A stretch of 40,000 bases of DNA from positions 160,099 to 200,098 of the forward strand of contig CAMBHL010000003.1 of the NCBI GenBank assembly GCA_945867155.1. The letters are read 5' to 3'. Made by a program: the position numbers and the translations under genes. Below, piece by piece: positions 7,296 through 15,381 of the stretch; position 1 is the first letter of the stretch; each line of letters starts with the position of its first letter. This DNA comes from an uncultured Eubacteriaceae bacterium. GTDB taxonomy: Bacteria > Bacillota > Clostridia > Eubacteriales > Eubacteriaceae. Under the pieces are notes generated by a model. That model did no database searches. It was given only the letters and a program-made list of their open reading frames with translations, and was not told where the DNA came from.

Positions 7296-8675
7296 TTAGT
7301 CCCTGACCCTTGACATCAATGCTACCGTCTCAACATGCCCAGTCCCCGGAAACATATTAACCGGTGTTGCTTCAATCAGTTCATATCCGGCTTTTTTCAA
7401 AATCCCCACATCCCGGGCCAATGTTGCAGGATCACAGGAAACGTACACGATTTTGGGGATACGGCAGGCGATCAAACTGTCGAGCAAGGTTCGCGCACAA
7501 CCCTTTCTCGGCGGATCAACGACAGCGACGTCGGCGCGGCTGCCCTGCCTGATCTGTTCGGGCATCACGTCCTCTGCCTTGCCGCAGATAAAGGAAATAT
7601 TTTGAATGTGGTTGCGCTTCGCATTTTTGCGTGCATCTTCGACGGCTTCTGGAACGATTTCAACGCCAAGCACCCGTTCGGCGTCCTTAGCCATGCAAAT
7701 ACCGATGGTACCAGTCCCACAGTACAAATCCCAGAGGGTTTCTGTCCCCGTCAAAGCTGCATACCTTTTTGCCTTTTCATAAAGCTTTTCTGCCTGAATG
7801 GTATTAACCTGGAAAAAAGACTGGGGTGAAATGTTAAAGGTGTAGCCGCACAATCTTTCTTCGATAAACGCTTCGCCGGCTAAAAGCTCCGTCTTCGTTC
7901 CCAAAACGCGATTGTTGGGCTTGGTGTGGATATTGAGCATAAGGCTCTTCAATTGTGGCAGGCCTTCAAAAATTTGCACAGTCTGTCTTTTCTGCTCGGA
8001 TGATAAATCGTGACTGACAACCGGCACCACCATCACGTCGCCTTGGCGGTTCGTTCGGAGCAGAAAACCGCGCACATCCCCTCGCCGGCTTTTTTCATCG
8101 TAAGGTGTGAGCTTAAGTGCCGCCATCCATTTCCGACACACCGCCAAGACCGGTCCCAAAGGCCGCTTTTGATTCAGACAGTCGCCAATGGGTACCACTG
8201 CATGACTGCCCTTTTGAAAAAAGCCAATTCCCGCATCTGACACTTTGAGCTGCGCTTTATTGCGATAGCGGATTGGCTGCTCCATCCCGATTGTCGACCG
8301 AACTTTCTCAGCCGCATCTGTCAACCCACCAATATGTTTAAATGCGTTGATCACCGTCTGTCGTTTGAGCTCATTTTCGCAGGACGCTGTCAAATGCAGC
8401 CATTGACAGCCACCGCATTTTGGAAAAGCTGGACAATCCGGCGTCTTTCGGTTCTTTGAGTCCGCAAGGATCTGACTCATTTTGCCTTTCAGATATTGCT
8501 GTTTGACCGCCGTCAATTCAACCTCAACGGTCTCGCCAACAACCGCCCCATCGACAAAAAGGGCCTGCCCCTGAACGTGGCCGACCCCTTCTCCCCGCCG
8601 CGTCATGTCGGAAATGGTCACCTCAAGGTGATCGCCGACGCGGTGAGGGTTTATTGGTTTGTGCTTTTTTTTCAT
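7296..8675 (-). CDS. rlmD: 23S rRNA (uracil-5-)-methyltransferase, RumA/RlmD family
   Basis: 459 aa. It has an N-terminal TRAM-like barrel, a Cys cluster (CPAFPKCGGCQW) for 4Fe-4S, the SAM motif DLYCGTGTIG and the catalytic VDPPRKG...VSCDPATLARD. Confidence 0.85.
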   Translation of the reverse strand: MKKKHKPINPHRVGDHLEVTISDMTRRGEGVGHVQGQALFVDGAVVGETVEVELTAVKQQYLKGKMSQILADSKNRKTPDCPAFPKCGGCQWLHLTASCENELKRQTVINAFKHIGGLTDAAEKVRSTIGMEQPIRYRNKAQLKVSDAGIGFFQKGSHAVVPIGDCLNQKRPLGPVLAVCRKWMAALKLTPYDEKSRRGDVRGFLLRTNRQGDVMVVPVVSHDLSSEQKRQTVQIFEGLPQLKSLMLNIHTKPNNRVLGTKTELLAGEAFIEERLCGYTFNISPQSFFQVNTIQAEKLYEKAKRYAALTGTETLWDLYCGTGTIGICMAKDAERVLGVEIVPEAVEDARKNAKRNHIQNISFICGKAEDVMPEQIRQGSRADVAVVDPPRKGCARTLLDSLIACRIPKIVYVSCDPATLARDVGILKKAGYELIEATPVNMFPGTGHVETVALMSRVRD

Positions 8676-9124
8676 CAGTCTTCGTCCGTTTTGGGATGGT
8701 TGTCCATGGTGCGGATCGCCTGCTTGCGAAGGGTCGCCTTTATGGCCGAAAACGTCTCATCGCTGATGATATGTTCGATCCCGCAGGCATCATTTTCTGC
8801 AATTTCCGGCGAGACATTTAAAAAGTTGCGAATGAACTTCGTAATCGTCACATGTCGGTCATACACTTCTTTCGCCGTTTCAAGGCCCGCTTCGCTGAGG
8901 TAGATCCGGCCGTAGCGTTCGTGGCGCACCAGCCCCCGGTCCGCCATTTTTTTAACCGCATCGGTGGCGCTCGCCTTGGTCACGCCCATGGCCTGAGCCA
9001 GGTCTGTGATGCGCACACCCGTGTTGCTGCCCAAATAATTCAAGTAAATTTCTTCCAAATAATCTTCGATGGATTCGGTAAAGCGTTTTCCTGTTTTACC
9101 GCTTACTTCTGGTCGATACACCAT
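8675..9124 (-). CDS. DtxR/MntR-family metal-dependent transcriptional repressor
   Basis: SIEDYLEEIY...ITDLAQAMGVTKASATDAVKKMADRGLV...RHVTITKFI is typical of the DtxR family. The start is set at ATG 9124 with RBS GAGAGGAAAG, not the track start at 9178. Its stop overlaps the rlmD start (TGATG). Confidence 0.8.
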   Translation of the reverse strand: MVYRPEVSGKTGKRFTESIEDYLEEIYLNYLGSNTGVRITDLAQAMGVTKASATDAVKKMADRGLVRHERYGRIYLSEAGLETAKEVYDRHVTITKFIRNFLNVSPEIAENDACGIEHIISDETFSAIKATLRKQAIRTMDNHPKTDED

Positions 9125-10988
9125 GTTTCTTTCCTCTCTTTCGGTTGCGCGTGGTCTTTTTATGATGATTTTCAGCATGCCGGGGATGAATGAGGCAGCG
9201 CGGGCCCGGGCCGATGAGATCTTCCCGGCCGCTGCGCTTCAAAGCTTCAATGACGAATTTTCTGTTCTTCGGGTCGCGGTACTGGAGCAGCGCCCGCTGA
9301 AGGCGCTTTTCGTACCCCTTCGGCACGTGAATCGGCTTGAGGGTCTCTAAATCCAGCCCGGTGTAGTACATGGCCGTCGCCCGGGAACCCGGCGTCGGGT
9401 AGAAATCCTGAACCTGCTCCGGCTCAAGATGATGATCCCGCAGGTATTCCGCGAGAGCCACCGCATCTTTTAACGTCGAGCCCGGATGGCTCGAAATAAA
9501 ATAAGGCACCACGTATTGATTGAGGTGTTCCGCCTTGTTGCACGCGTTGAAACGGTCCACAAAGCACCGGTATTTCGAAAAGGACGGCTTTCCCATGTAA
9601 TGGAGCACCCGGTCTGAAATGTGTTCCGGCGCCACGCGCAGCTGACCGCTGACGTGGTGGCGCACCAGTTCTTTGAACGCGGCATCGCTGGGATCAGCCA
9701 TTAAATAATCGTAGCGGATGCCCGAGCGCACGAAAACCTTCCGAACCCCCGGCACCGCGCGCAGGGCTTTCAGCACCTCGCAGAAATCCCGTTCATTCGC
9801 GTCGAGATTCGGACAGACGTCCGGAAACAGGCATTCCCGGTTCGGACACGGTCCGGTTTTCAGCTGTTTCGAACACGCCGGATGCAGGAAGTTCGCCGTC
9901 GGCCCACCCACATCGTTGATGATTCCCTTAAACTGCGGGTCCCGGGTCATCTGCTCCGCTTCCCGAAGCATGGAGGCCCGGCTCCGGCTCGAAATGATCC
10001 GGCCCTGATGCATGGCGATGGCGCAGAAAGAACAGCTGCCAAAACAGCCGCGGTTGGACGTGATGGAAAACCGCATTTCCGACATGCCGGTGATCTCCGG
10101 TCCGGGATTGAGCTGAAGCCCAGTGTAAGGCAGGTCGTAGACGTCATCCATTTCCTGGGTGGTCAGGGGCATCTGGGGCGGGTTCTGCACAAAATAACGG
10201 CCGCCGCAGCCCTGCACCGCCAGCTGGTCTTCAAAGGGGTTGCTGCTTAAATCGATGAGGCGGGTCATCTGAGCAAAAGCCTGTTTCCCTGTCCCGTTCC
10301 GTTCTGAAACGGTCTCGAAGGACGGGAGGACGATGCTGTCGTCCGGTGCGGTGTCGAGCATGACGCCCGTACCCCGGATATAGGTGATCTGATCGATGGG
10401 CAGGCCGGCGTCGAGGGCCTCCGCCACTTCGATGATCGCTTTTTCGCCCATGCCGTACACCACGAGGTCCGCGCCGGAATCAAAAAGGATCGGCCGCCGG
10501 ACCCGATCCTGCCAGTAATCATAATGGGCGAAGCGCCTGAGACTGGCTTCGATGCCGCCGATCACGATCGGCACCCGGCCGTAAGCTTCCCGAATCCGGC
10601 CGCAGTACGTGATCACCGCCCGGTCCGGCCGCGCCCCGGTTTTCCCTCCCGGCGTATAAGCGTCGTCGTGCCGGCGTCTTTTGTTAACCGTGTAATGACA
10701 GACCATGGAGTCCATGTTGCCCGAGGACACCAGAAACGCCAGCCGGGGCTGTCCTAAAACTTTAAAAGCGTTGACGTCGTCCCATTTGGGCTGAGCGATC
10801 ACCCCGACCCGGTAGCCTAAATCGGCCAGCACCCTGGCGATAATGGCCGGGCCAAACGCAGAATGATCGACGAAAGCATCTCCGGAAACGAAGACGAAAT
10901 CGCAGGCGTCCCAGCCTAAAGCCTGGATTTCTTTCTGATTTCGCGGAAATGGAAGCCGTTCGTCAACCGTCATTTTTGATACATTCAT
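9096..10988 (-). CDS. ygiQ: YgiQ-family radical SAM protein (UPF0313)
   Basis: ALGWDACDFVFVSGDAFVDHSAFGPAI is a YgiQ-type N-terminus. The radical SAM cluster is CFGSCSFCAI, and the tail is basic. The start is uncertain: ATG 10988, ATG 10973, or the TTG 11018 used by the track. Confidence 0.8.
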   Translation of the reverse strand: MNVSKMTVDERLPFPRNQKEIQALGWDACDFVFVSGDAFVDHSAFGPAIIARVLADLGYRVGVIAQPKWDDVNAFKVLGQPRLAFLVSSGNMDSMVCHYTVNKRRRHDDAYTPGGKTGARPDRAVITYCGRIREAYGRVPIVIGGIEASLRRFAHYDYWQDRVRRPILFDSGADLVVYGMGEKAIIEVAEALDAGLPIDQITYIRGTGVMLDTAPDDSIVLPSFETVSERNGTGKQAFAQMTRLIDLSSNPFEDQLAVQGCGGRYFVQNPPQMPLTTQEMDDVYDLPYTGLQLNPGPEITGMSEMRFSITSNRGCFGSCSFCAIAMHQGRIISSRSRASMLREAEQMTRDPQFKGIINDVGGPTANFLHPACSKQLKTGPCPNRECLFPDVCPNLDANERDFCEVLKALRAVPGVRKVFVRSGIRYDYLMADPSDAAFKELVRHHVSGQLRVAPEHISDRVLHYMGKPSFSKYRCFVDRFNACNKAEHLNQYVVPYFISSHPGSTLKDAVALAEYLRDHHLEPEQVQDFYPTPGSRATAMYYTGLDLETLKPIHVPKGYEKRLQRALLQYRDPKNRKFVIEALKRSGREDLIGPGPRCLIHPRHAENHHKKTTRNRKRGKKHGVSTRSKR

Positions 10989-10995
10989 GTTCAAA

Positions 10996-11760
10996 TTATA
11001 CCATACTTGGTATGCCAATGTTCTGCAAAATCAGAAAAACAATCATAAAAAAGGCCTGGTTCATCTCGATGGTCATGCCGATGGTGTCCCCGGTGATCCC
11101 GCCGATTTTGCGCTTCAAATCCCACATCATGATCAAGTTGAGCACGGCCGAGATCCCGAAGGCGGCCAGCAGGCGCAGGGACAGCCAGCCGCAGACGGCG
11201 GCGATTGCCGCCGCGTACACTGCCACATGCCAGCCTTTGGTGATTTCCGTGATGCGCCGGCCGAGGCCGCCGCCCCCTTCCGCGTAGGATGAGAGCCAGC
11301 AGGTTTGAATGGCGGCGTACCGCCCCACAATCGGAACGAAAACCAGCACGGTTAAAAAATGCCCAGCGATGAGCCGCCGGTAGCCGATCCACAGGGTCAT
11401 CATCAAGAGCACGAGGCCGATTGCGCCGAAAGAGCCCAGCCGGCTGTCTTTCATGATCTTCATCATTTTGTCGTGATCCCGGGCTGAAAAGACCCCGTCA
11501 ATGGTGTCGGCAACCCCGTCGAAGTGCAGGCCGCCGGTCAGCCAGATGTAAAAGATCAAAATCAGAATCGCGGCGATTTCCGGCATGCGCAGCCAGGAAA
11601 CGCACCACCCGAATCCCCAGAGTGCCGCGCCGATCACCGCGCCAATGACGGGCATCAAAAGCATGCAGCGGTAAAACTCCTCTTCGCTGACGTCCTTCAG
11701 CTGAATCGGAATCCGCGTGTAAAAAGACAAACCAATTAAAAATTCACGAAAAAAATTCAC
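10996..11760 (-). CDS. cobS: Adenosylcobinamide-GDP ribazoletransferase (cobalamin 5'-phosphate synthase)
   Basis: LSFYTRIPI, LTGGLHFDGVADTIDG, MKDSRLGSFG and GGITGDTIG all align with CobS. The start is placed at GTG 11760 (AAGGA 6 nt upstream), because the track start 11793 overlaps the upstream terminator. Confidence 0.8.
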   Translation of the reverse strand: MNFFREFLIGLSFYTRIPIQLKDVSEEEFYRCMLLMPVIGAVIGAALWGFGWCVSWLRMPEIAAILILIFYIWLTGGLHFDGVADTIDGVFSARDHDKMMKIMKDSRLGSFGAIGLVLLMMTLWIGYRRLIAGHFLTVLVFVPIVGRYAAIQTCWLSSYAEGGGGLGRRITEITKGWHVAVYAAAIAAVCGWLSLRLLAAFGISAVLNLIMMWDLKRKIGGITGDTIGMTIEMNQAFFMIVFLILQNIGIPSMV

Positions 11761-11782
11761 ATCTAATCCTTTCTCTTTGGCG

Positions 11783-11821
11783 CAAAAAAACAAAAGACTG
11801 ACGGTCGATCCCCTCAGTCTT
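11783..11821 (-). terminator. Rho-independent terminator downstream of ptsH
   Basis: Minus-strand stem AGACTGA (11820-11814) pairs with TCAGTCT (11801-11795) across a 12-nt loop. A T-rich run TTTTGTTTTTTT follows. Confidence 0.6.
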
Positions 11822-11844
11822 TCTGCATTCGCCCTATTGCGTTA

Positions 11845-12117
11845 TTATTCGTCCGGCAGCCCGAACTTATTGTCGATCAGTGCGGTCAAACGGTCCATCG
11901 CCGCTTTTTCATCGTCGCCGTTGACTTCGAGCAGGATTTCATCGCCCTTGGAAACTGCCAAAATCATGACGCCCATGATACTTTTCGCATTGACGCGCGT
12001 CGACCCTTTGCTGATATAAATTTCGCTTGAAAACTCATTTGCCGTTTCGACAAAAAGCGACGCTGGTTTTGCATGGAGCCCCGCTTTATTCTTTACCACT
12101 ATATTTTTTGTAAGCAT
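11845..12117 (-). CDS. ptsH: Phosphocarrier protein HPr
   Basis: 90 aa from ATG 12117 (RBS AAGGGGTGG). It carries the active-site GLHAKPAS (His15) and the regulatory NAKSIMGVM (Ser46). Confidence 0.85.
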   Translation of the reverse strand: MLTKNIVVKNKAGLHAKPASLFVETANEFSSEIYISKGSTRVNAKSIMGVMILAVSKGDEILLEVNGDDEKAAMDRLTALIDNKFGLPDE

Positions 12118-12149
12118 TGTTCCACCCCTTATATATTCTGTCATAATCG

Positions 12150-12178
12150 ATTATACACGATTTCATTATTTATTTCAA
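12150..12178 (-). promoter_or_regulatory. Sigma-A-type promoter for ptsH
   Basis: On the minus strand, TTGAAA (12178-12173) and TATAAT (12155-12150) are separated by a 17-nt spacer. Confidence 0.5.
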
Positions 12179-12216
12179 GTCTAATCGGGTATCTTAATTC
12201 AGTATAGACAATTTTT

Positions 12217-13011
12217 TCACAATTTCACGCCAAGGGCGTCAAAATAGGTCTGCACCACTTCCAGATCTGGGAAAATCGCTTCGGTCTTCTGACGCATTTC
12301 TTCGTCAGGTTTTTTGAGATCCGGTACCATGATCGGCCTGAGCTCCGCCGCGTAGGCCGCGCGCACGCCGTTGTAGGAATCTTCGATGACGAATCCCATT
12401 TCCGGCGGAATCGAAATGGCCTCCGCCGCCTTCAGAAAAATATCCGGCGCCGGCTTGCTGCGCTTGACCATATCTCCGCAGACCAGAACGTCGAAGTACT
12501 GAATGATGTTCACATCTGTCAATTCCTTCCGCACGGTCTTTTCCCGAGTCGATGAGGCCAAAGCCACGGGTACACCCCGGGATTTGAGATCCTGAAGCAG
12601 TTCGACGGCGCCTTTTTTTAAGGGCAGACCGTGACGTTCGTCGTAGCGGGCGAAGAAAATGGTCCGCATCTCATCTTCGTACTGTTCAAAGGGAAAATCC
12701 TTCCCGTAATAGTCGTCAAAGGTCCGGCGCGTCGCCTGAAAGTTAGTCCCAAGGCAGGCCACGATCACTTTTTCGATATCCGGAATACTGTGGCGCTTGG
12801 CCACTTGCTGCCAGGCGTACAGCACTTCCCGTTCAGAATCAAAAATCACGCCATCCATATCAAAGATCACGCCGCAAAAAGGCGCCGGATTCCGGGCGAG
12901 CGCCTTTTTCAAAGCGTAATCCGCGTATTCCGTTTTGGATAGACAGACCGGTCCCATTTCCGTCGGCACCATTTCCCTCTGGGTCAACCCTTCCGTTTCT
13001 TTTTTTTGCAT
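12217..13011 (-). CDS. HAD-superfamily hydrolase (beta-phosphoglucomutase/phosphatase-like)
   Basis: It has HAD motif I (VIFDMDGVIFDSE), motif II (ALASST) and a C-terminal EDSYNGVRAA. The start is set at ATG 13011 (RBS AAGGGAG). The track's longer N-terminus overlaps the divergent + strand gene. Confidence 0.75.
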   Translation of the reverse strand: MQKKETEGLTQREMVPTEMGPVCLSKTEYADYALKKALARNPAPFCGVIFDMDGVIFDSEREVLYAWQQVAKRHSIPDIEKVIVACLGTNFQATRRTFDDYYGKDFPFEQYEDEMRTIFFARYDERHGLPLKKGAVELLQDLKSRGVPVALASSTREKTVRKELTDVNIIQYFDVLVCGDMVKRSKPAPDIFLKAAEAISIPPEMGFVIEDSYNGVRAAYAAELRPIMVPDLKKPDEEMRQKTEAIFPDLEVVQTYFDALGVKL

Positions 13012-13080
13012 AAGCTCCCTTTTCTTTTCTTGCAGTGTTCCCCGGCATTTTGCTATAATAAAAGCAAATTGGAGGTTATT

Positions 13081-13320
13081 ATGGAACAAACAAAAATCAC
13101 CAAATCCATGGGGATTCTCGAGGCCGTCAAACTGCACCCCGACATTCAGCGCTACTTCGCCATGGCCGGCATGTCCTGTTTTGGCTGCATGGCCGCCCAG
13201 TACGAAAATATCGAAGAAGGCTGCCTCGCCCACGGCATCGACCCGGACGTTTTCGTCCGCAATCTCAATTTCTTTATTTCGGGTCAAAAACCCACGGAAG
13301 ACAATCTACCTTCTGCCTGA
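13081..13320 (+). CDS. DUF1858-type small redox protein (hybrid-cluster-protein-associated CxxC domain)
   Basis: 79 aa from ATG 13081 (GGAGG 5 nt upstream). MGILEAVKLHPDIQRYFAMAGMSCFGCMAAQYENIEEGCLAHGID contains a CFGC motif. Confidence 0.65.
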   Translation: MEQTKITKSMGILEAVKLHPDIQRYFAMAGMSCFGCMAAQYENIEEGCLAHGIDPDVFVRNLNFFISGQKPTEDNLPSA

Positions 13321-13331
13321 TTTCTGCCGTT

Positions 13332-14255
13332 TTACTGATTCAAGCCGTCATGGACTTGAATCTTTTTTATTTTCTGGCCGGCGGCTTCTTCCCGGATCTT
13401 TTTCAAATCTTCGACCGAGAACGCATAAGCTTTGCCGCAGAAATGGCAGCGCACTTCAATGGGTTCGCCGTCTGCGATCATGGCGTCCAGCTCTTTGAGA
13501 CTGATCGCTGAAAGCGCCCGGCTGACCCGATCTTCGGAGCAGTCACACACGAAAGCGGCCGGGAGTTTGCCCGTCCATTCGATCCCCATCGGTTCAAGAA
13601 TGGCCTCTAAAATATTTTCCGGGGTCATGCCTTTTTCAAGCATCGCCGTGATCGAATCGATTTTTTCGATCTGGGCTTCCAGCTGGGACACCGTCGCTTC
13701 CGAAGCGTCGGGCATCAGCTGAACAATAAAGCCCCCGGCGTTTTCCACCGAACCATCGGCTTTGACCCGAACCCCGAGGCCTACGGCTGACGGCGTCTGT
13801 TCCGACACATTGAAATAATAGGCCAGATCTTCTGCGATTTCGCCGGAAATCAAATTGCAGATGCCGTTGTAGGGTTCTTTGAGCCCCATATCCCGAATGA
13901 CTGTCAGGGTGCCGTTTCCAATCGCGCCGCCCACATCGAGTTTGCCCTTCGCATTAATTGGCCGGTCTGCTTCTGGATTCACGGCATAGCCCTTCACTTC
14001 GCCCCGGCTGTTGGCCGTCACTGTGAGGCCCCCCGCCGGTCCGTCGCCGCTGATCTGAAGAGTCAGGACATCGTCTTTCCCCTTCATCATGCTGCCCATC
14101 ATGGCGCCCGCCGCGAGGAGCCGTCCTAAAGCCGCCGTCATCACCGGCGTCGTGTCGTGCAGGGTCCGCGCTTTTTCGACCAGTTCCGTTGCGTCGATTG
14201 CAAAAGCGCGGATGCTCGCCTGTGCTGACGTCGCTGTTACAATATAATCTGACAT
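13332..14255 (-). CDS. hslO: Hsp33 redox-regulated chaperone
   Basis: 307 aa with the C-terminal zinc/redox switch CDCSEDRV...CHFCGKAY. The N-terminal domain is typical of Hsp33. Confidence 0.85.
   Translation of the reverse strand: MSDYIVTATSAQASIRAFAIDATELVEKARTLHDTTPVMTAALGRLLAAGAMMGSMMKGKDDVLTLQISGDGPAGGLTVTANSRGEVKGYAVNPEADRPINAKGKLDVGGAIGNGTLTVIRDMGLKEPYNGICNLISGEIAEDLAYYFNVSEQTPSAVGLGVRVKADGSVENAGGFIVQLMPDASEATVSQLEAQIEKIDSITAMLEKGMTPENILEAILEPMGIEWTGKLPAAFVCDCSEDRVSRALSAISLKELDAMIADGEPIEVRCHFCGKAYAFSVEDLKKIREEAAGQKIKKIQVHDGLNQ
13338..13370 (+). terminator. Candidate rho-independent terminator for the DUF1858 gene, embedded in the 3' end of convergent hslO
   Basis: Stem ATTCAAG (13338-13344) pairs with CTTGAAT (13355-13361) across a 10-nt loop, followed by TCTTTTTTATTTT. 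Confidence 0.45.
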
Positions 14256-14385
14256 CGCATCCCTTTCTTTTTTTCTTATTTAAGTCACAAACCTTGGCGT
14301 TTATTATATCAAATGCGCCAAACAAATAAAGTGCAAATTGAAATTTTTCAAGTTTTCACCAAAAATAAATCCGATCAGGCCGACT

Positions 14386-14535
14386 TTACTTTTTCTGCGA
14401 ATCATTTTTATCTTCACGTTTCGCTTTACGAAAATACCAAATCGCTAACAAAATAAAAGCGCCGACCACCAAAATCCGAATGCCCGAAAACAGGGCGAAA
14501 ATAATGAGTGCCAGCGCAATAATCAATTCAATCAT
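14386..14535 (-). CDS. Small hydrophobic protein (49 aa), below the ORF-track size cutoff
   Basis: My translation is MIELIIALALIIFALFSGIRILVVGAFILLAIWYFRKAKREDKNDSQKK. A GAGAGG RBS lies 7 nt upstream, and the gene starts 10 nt after the thioesterase stop. Confidence 0.45.
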   Translation of the reverse strand: MIELIIALALIIFALFSGIRILVVGAFILLAIWYFRKAKREDKNDSQKK

Positions 14536-14545
14536 GAGAGGCCTC

Positions 14546-15310
14546 TCATTCGTGATTGGGTTTCCGGGACGCCGGACGCAGCGTCATGCCGATCTGGCAC
14601 AGCAGCAGGCCGTCCTGATTCTGAATATCCATCCGGCAGTGGGTGTCGTCTGTCTTTTTGTAGCAGACCGTCACCACGTCGCCGAATTTCGCCTGTTCCT
14701 TGTACAAAATGTCGAAATCCGCCACTTCTACTTTCGAAATCAAGTCTGCCGGAATCGCTTCGAAGGCCCAGGCCAGGTAGCGGACGTTGTTGACGTGTCC
14801 GTTGTAGTCGATGTCCAAATAGCGCACGGCAAACTGGCGATGACTGTCCCAATCGGCGACACGCTTGAGCCGCGGAATCCGGTATTTGTCGCCGTCTTCT
14901 TTAAATTGATAAACATTGTTAATTTCATTGTCGCCGACCCGGACGATGTGGTCTTTATCAAAATCCATCATCATCCAGTGAGACTGCCCTTTAACCATGG
15001 TCTTCCCGTCCTCGTCTTCCAACACGAAGCCGCGGTTGGCGATAAAGCCCTGGGCCGCGCCTGCCCAGGTGCCGACCCGCACCGTCTGAAGAAATTTGGG
15101 ATAATCGATGATTTCGATGTGATACTTGACCACGATCCACGCCAGATGCATCCGGTCCAGTTCATAGGGGCCGGCTTTCAGAGCCGCACTGTGCTCCAGG
15201 GCAATTTCCTGAAAGTAATTCAGAACGCTGACCGGAGAAGCGCAGTAATTCTGGAGACAGTCATAGGTATAGATTTTCTGATCCTGATAAAAAATATTCG
15301 ACTTGTTCAT
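14546..15310 (-). CDS. Acyl-ACP thioesterase (FatA/B-like, double hotdog)
   Basis: 254 aa from ATG 15310 (RBS GGAGGAA). It shows the ...LQNYCASPVSVLNYFQEIALEHS... and ...DIDYNGHVNNVRYLAWAFE... signatures. Confidence 0.75.
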   Translation of the reverse strand: MNKSNIFYQDQKIYTYDCLQNYCASPVSVLNYFQEIALEHSAALKAGPYELDRMHLAWIVVKYHIEIIDYPKFLQTVRVGTWAGAAQGFIANRGFVLEDEDGKTMVKGQSHWMMMDFDKDHIVRVGDNEINNVYQFKEDGDKYRIPRLKRVADWDSHRQFAVRYLDIDYNGHVNNVRYLAWAFEAIPADLISKVEVADFDILYKEQAKFGDVVTVCYKKTDDTHCRMDIQNQDGLLLCQIGMTLRPASRKPNHE

Positions 15311-15343
15311 TGATTCCTCCGTCGCAGCCTTGCCGCTGCGTAA

Positions 15344-15376
15344 CAAAAAACCGCTGCATCAGAACGGTGCAGCGGC
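15344..15376 (-). terminator. Rho-independent terminator downstream of gshA
   Basis: Minus-strand stem CCGCTGCA (15375-15368) pairs with TGCAGCGG (15358-15351) across a 9-nt loop, followed by TTTTTTGTTA. Confidence 0.7.
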
Positions 15377-15381
15377 TGATA

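Noticed and set aside
10991-11392. 133-aa and other minus/plus ORFs overlapping cobS (10949-11287, 10987-11292, 11133-11330)
   Set aside because: These are alternative frames of a GC-rich membrane-protein gene. Their translations are Arg/Pro/Gly-rich, and CobS motifs occur only in the 10996-11760 frame.
13012-13287. An N-terminal 92-codon extension of the HAD hydrolase ORF (track start 13287)
   Set aside because: The extension overlaps the divergent DUF1858 gene and its RBS. It has no HAD-related sequence, and an internal ATG at 13011 has a strong AAGGGAG RBS.
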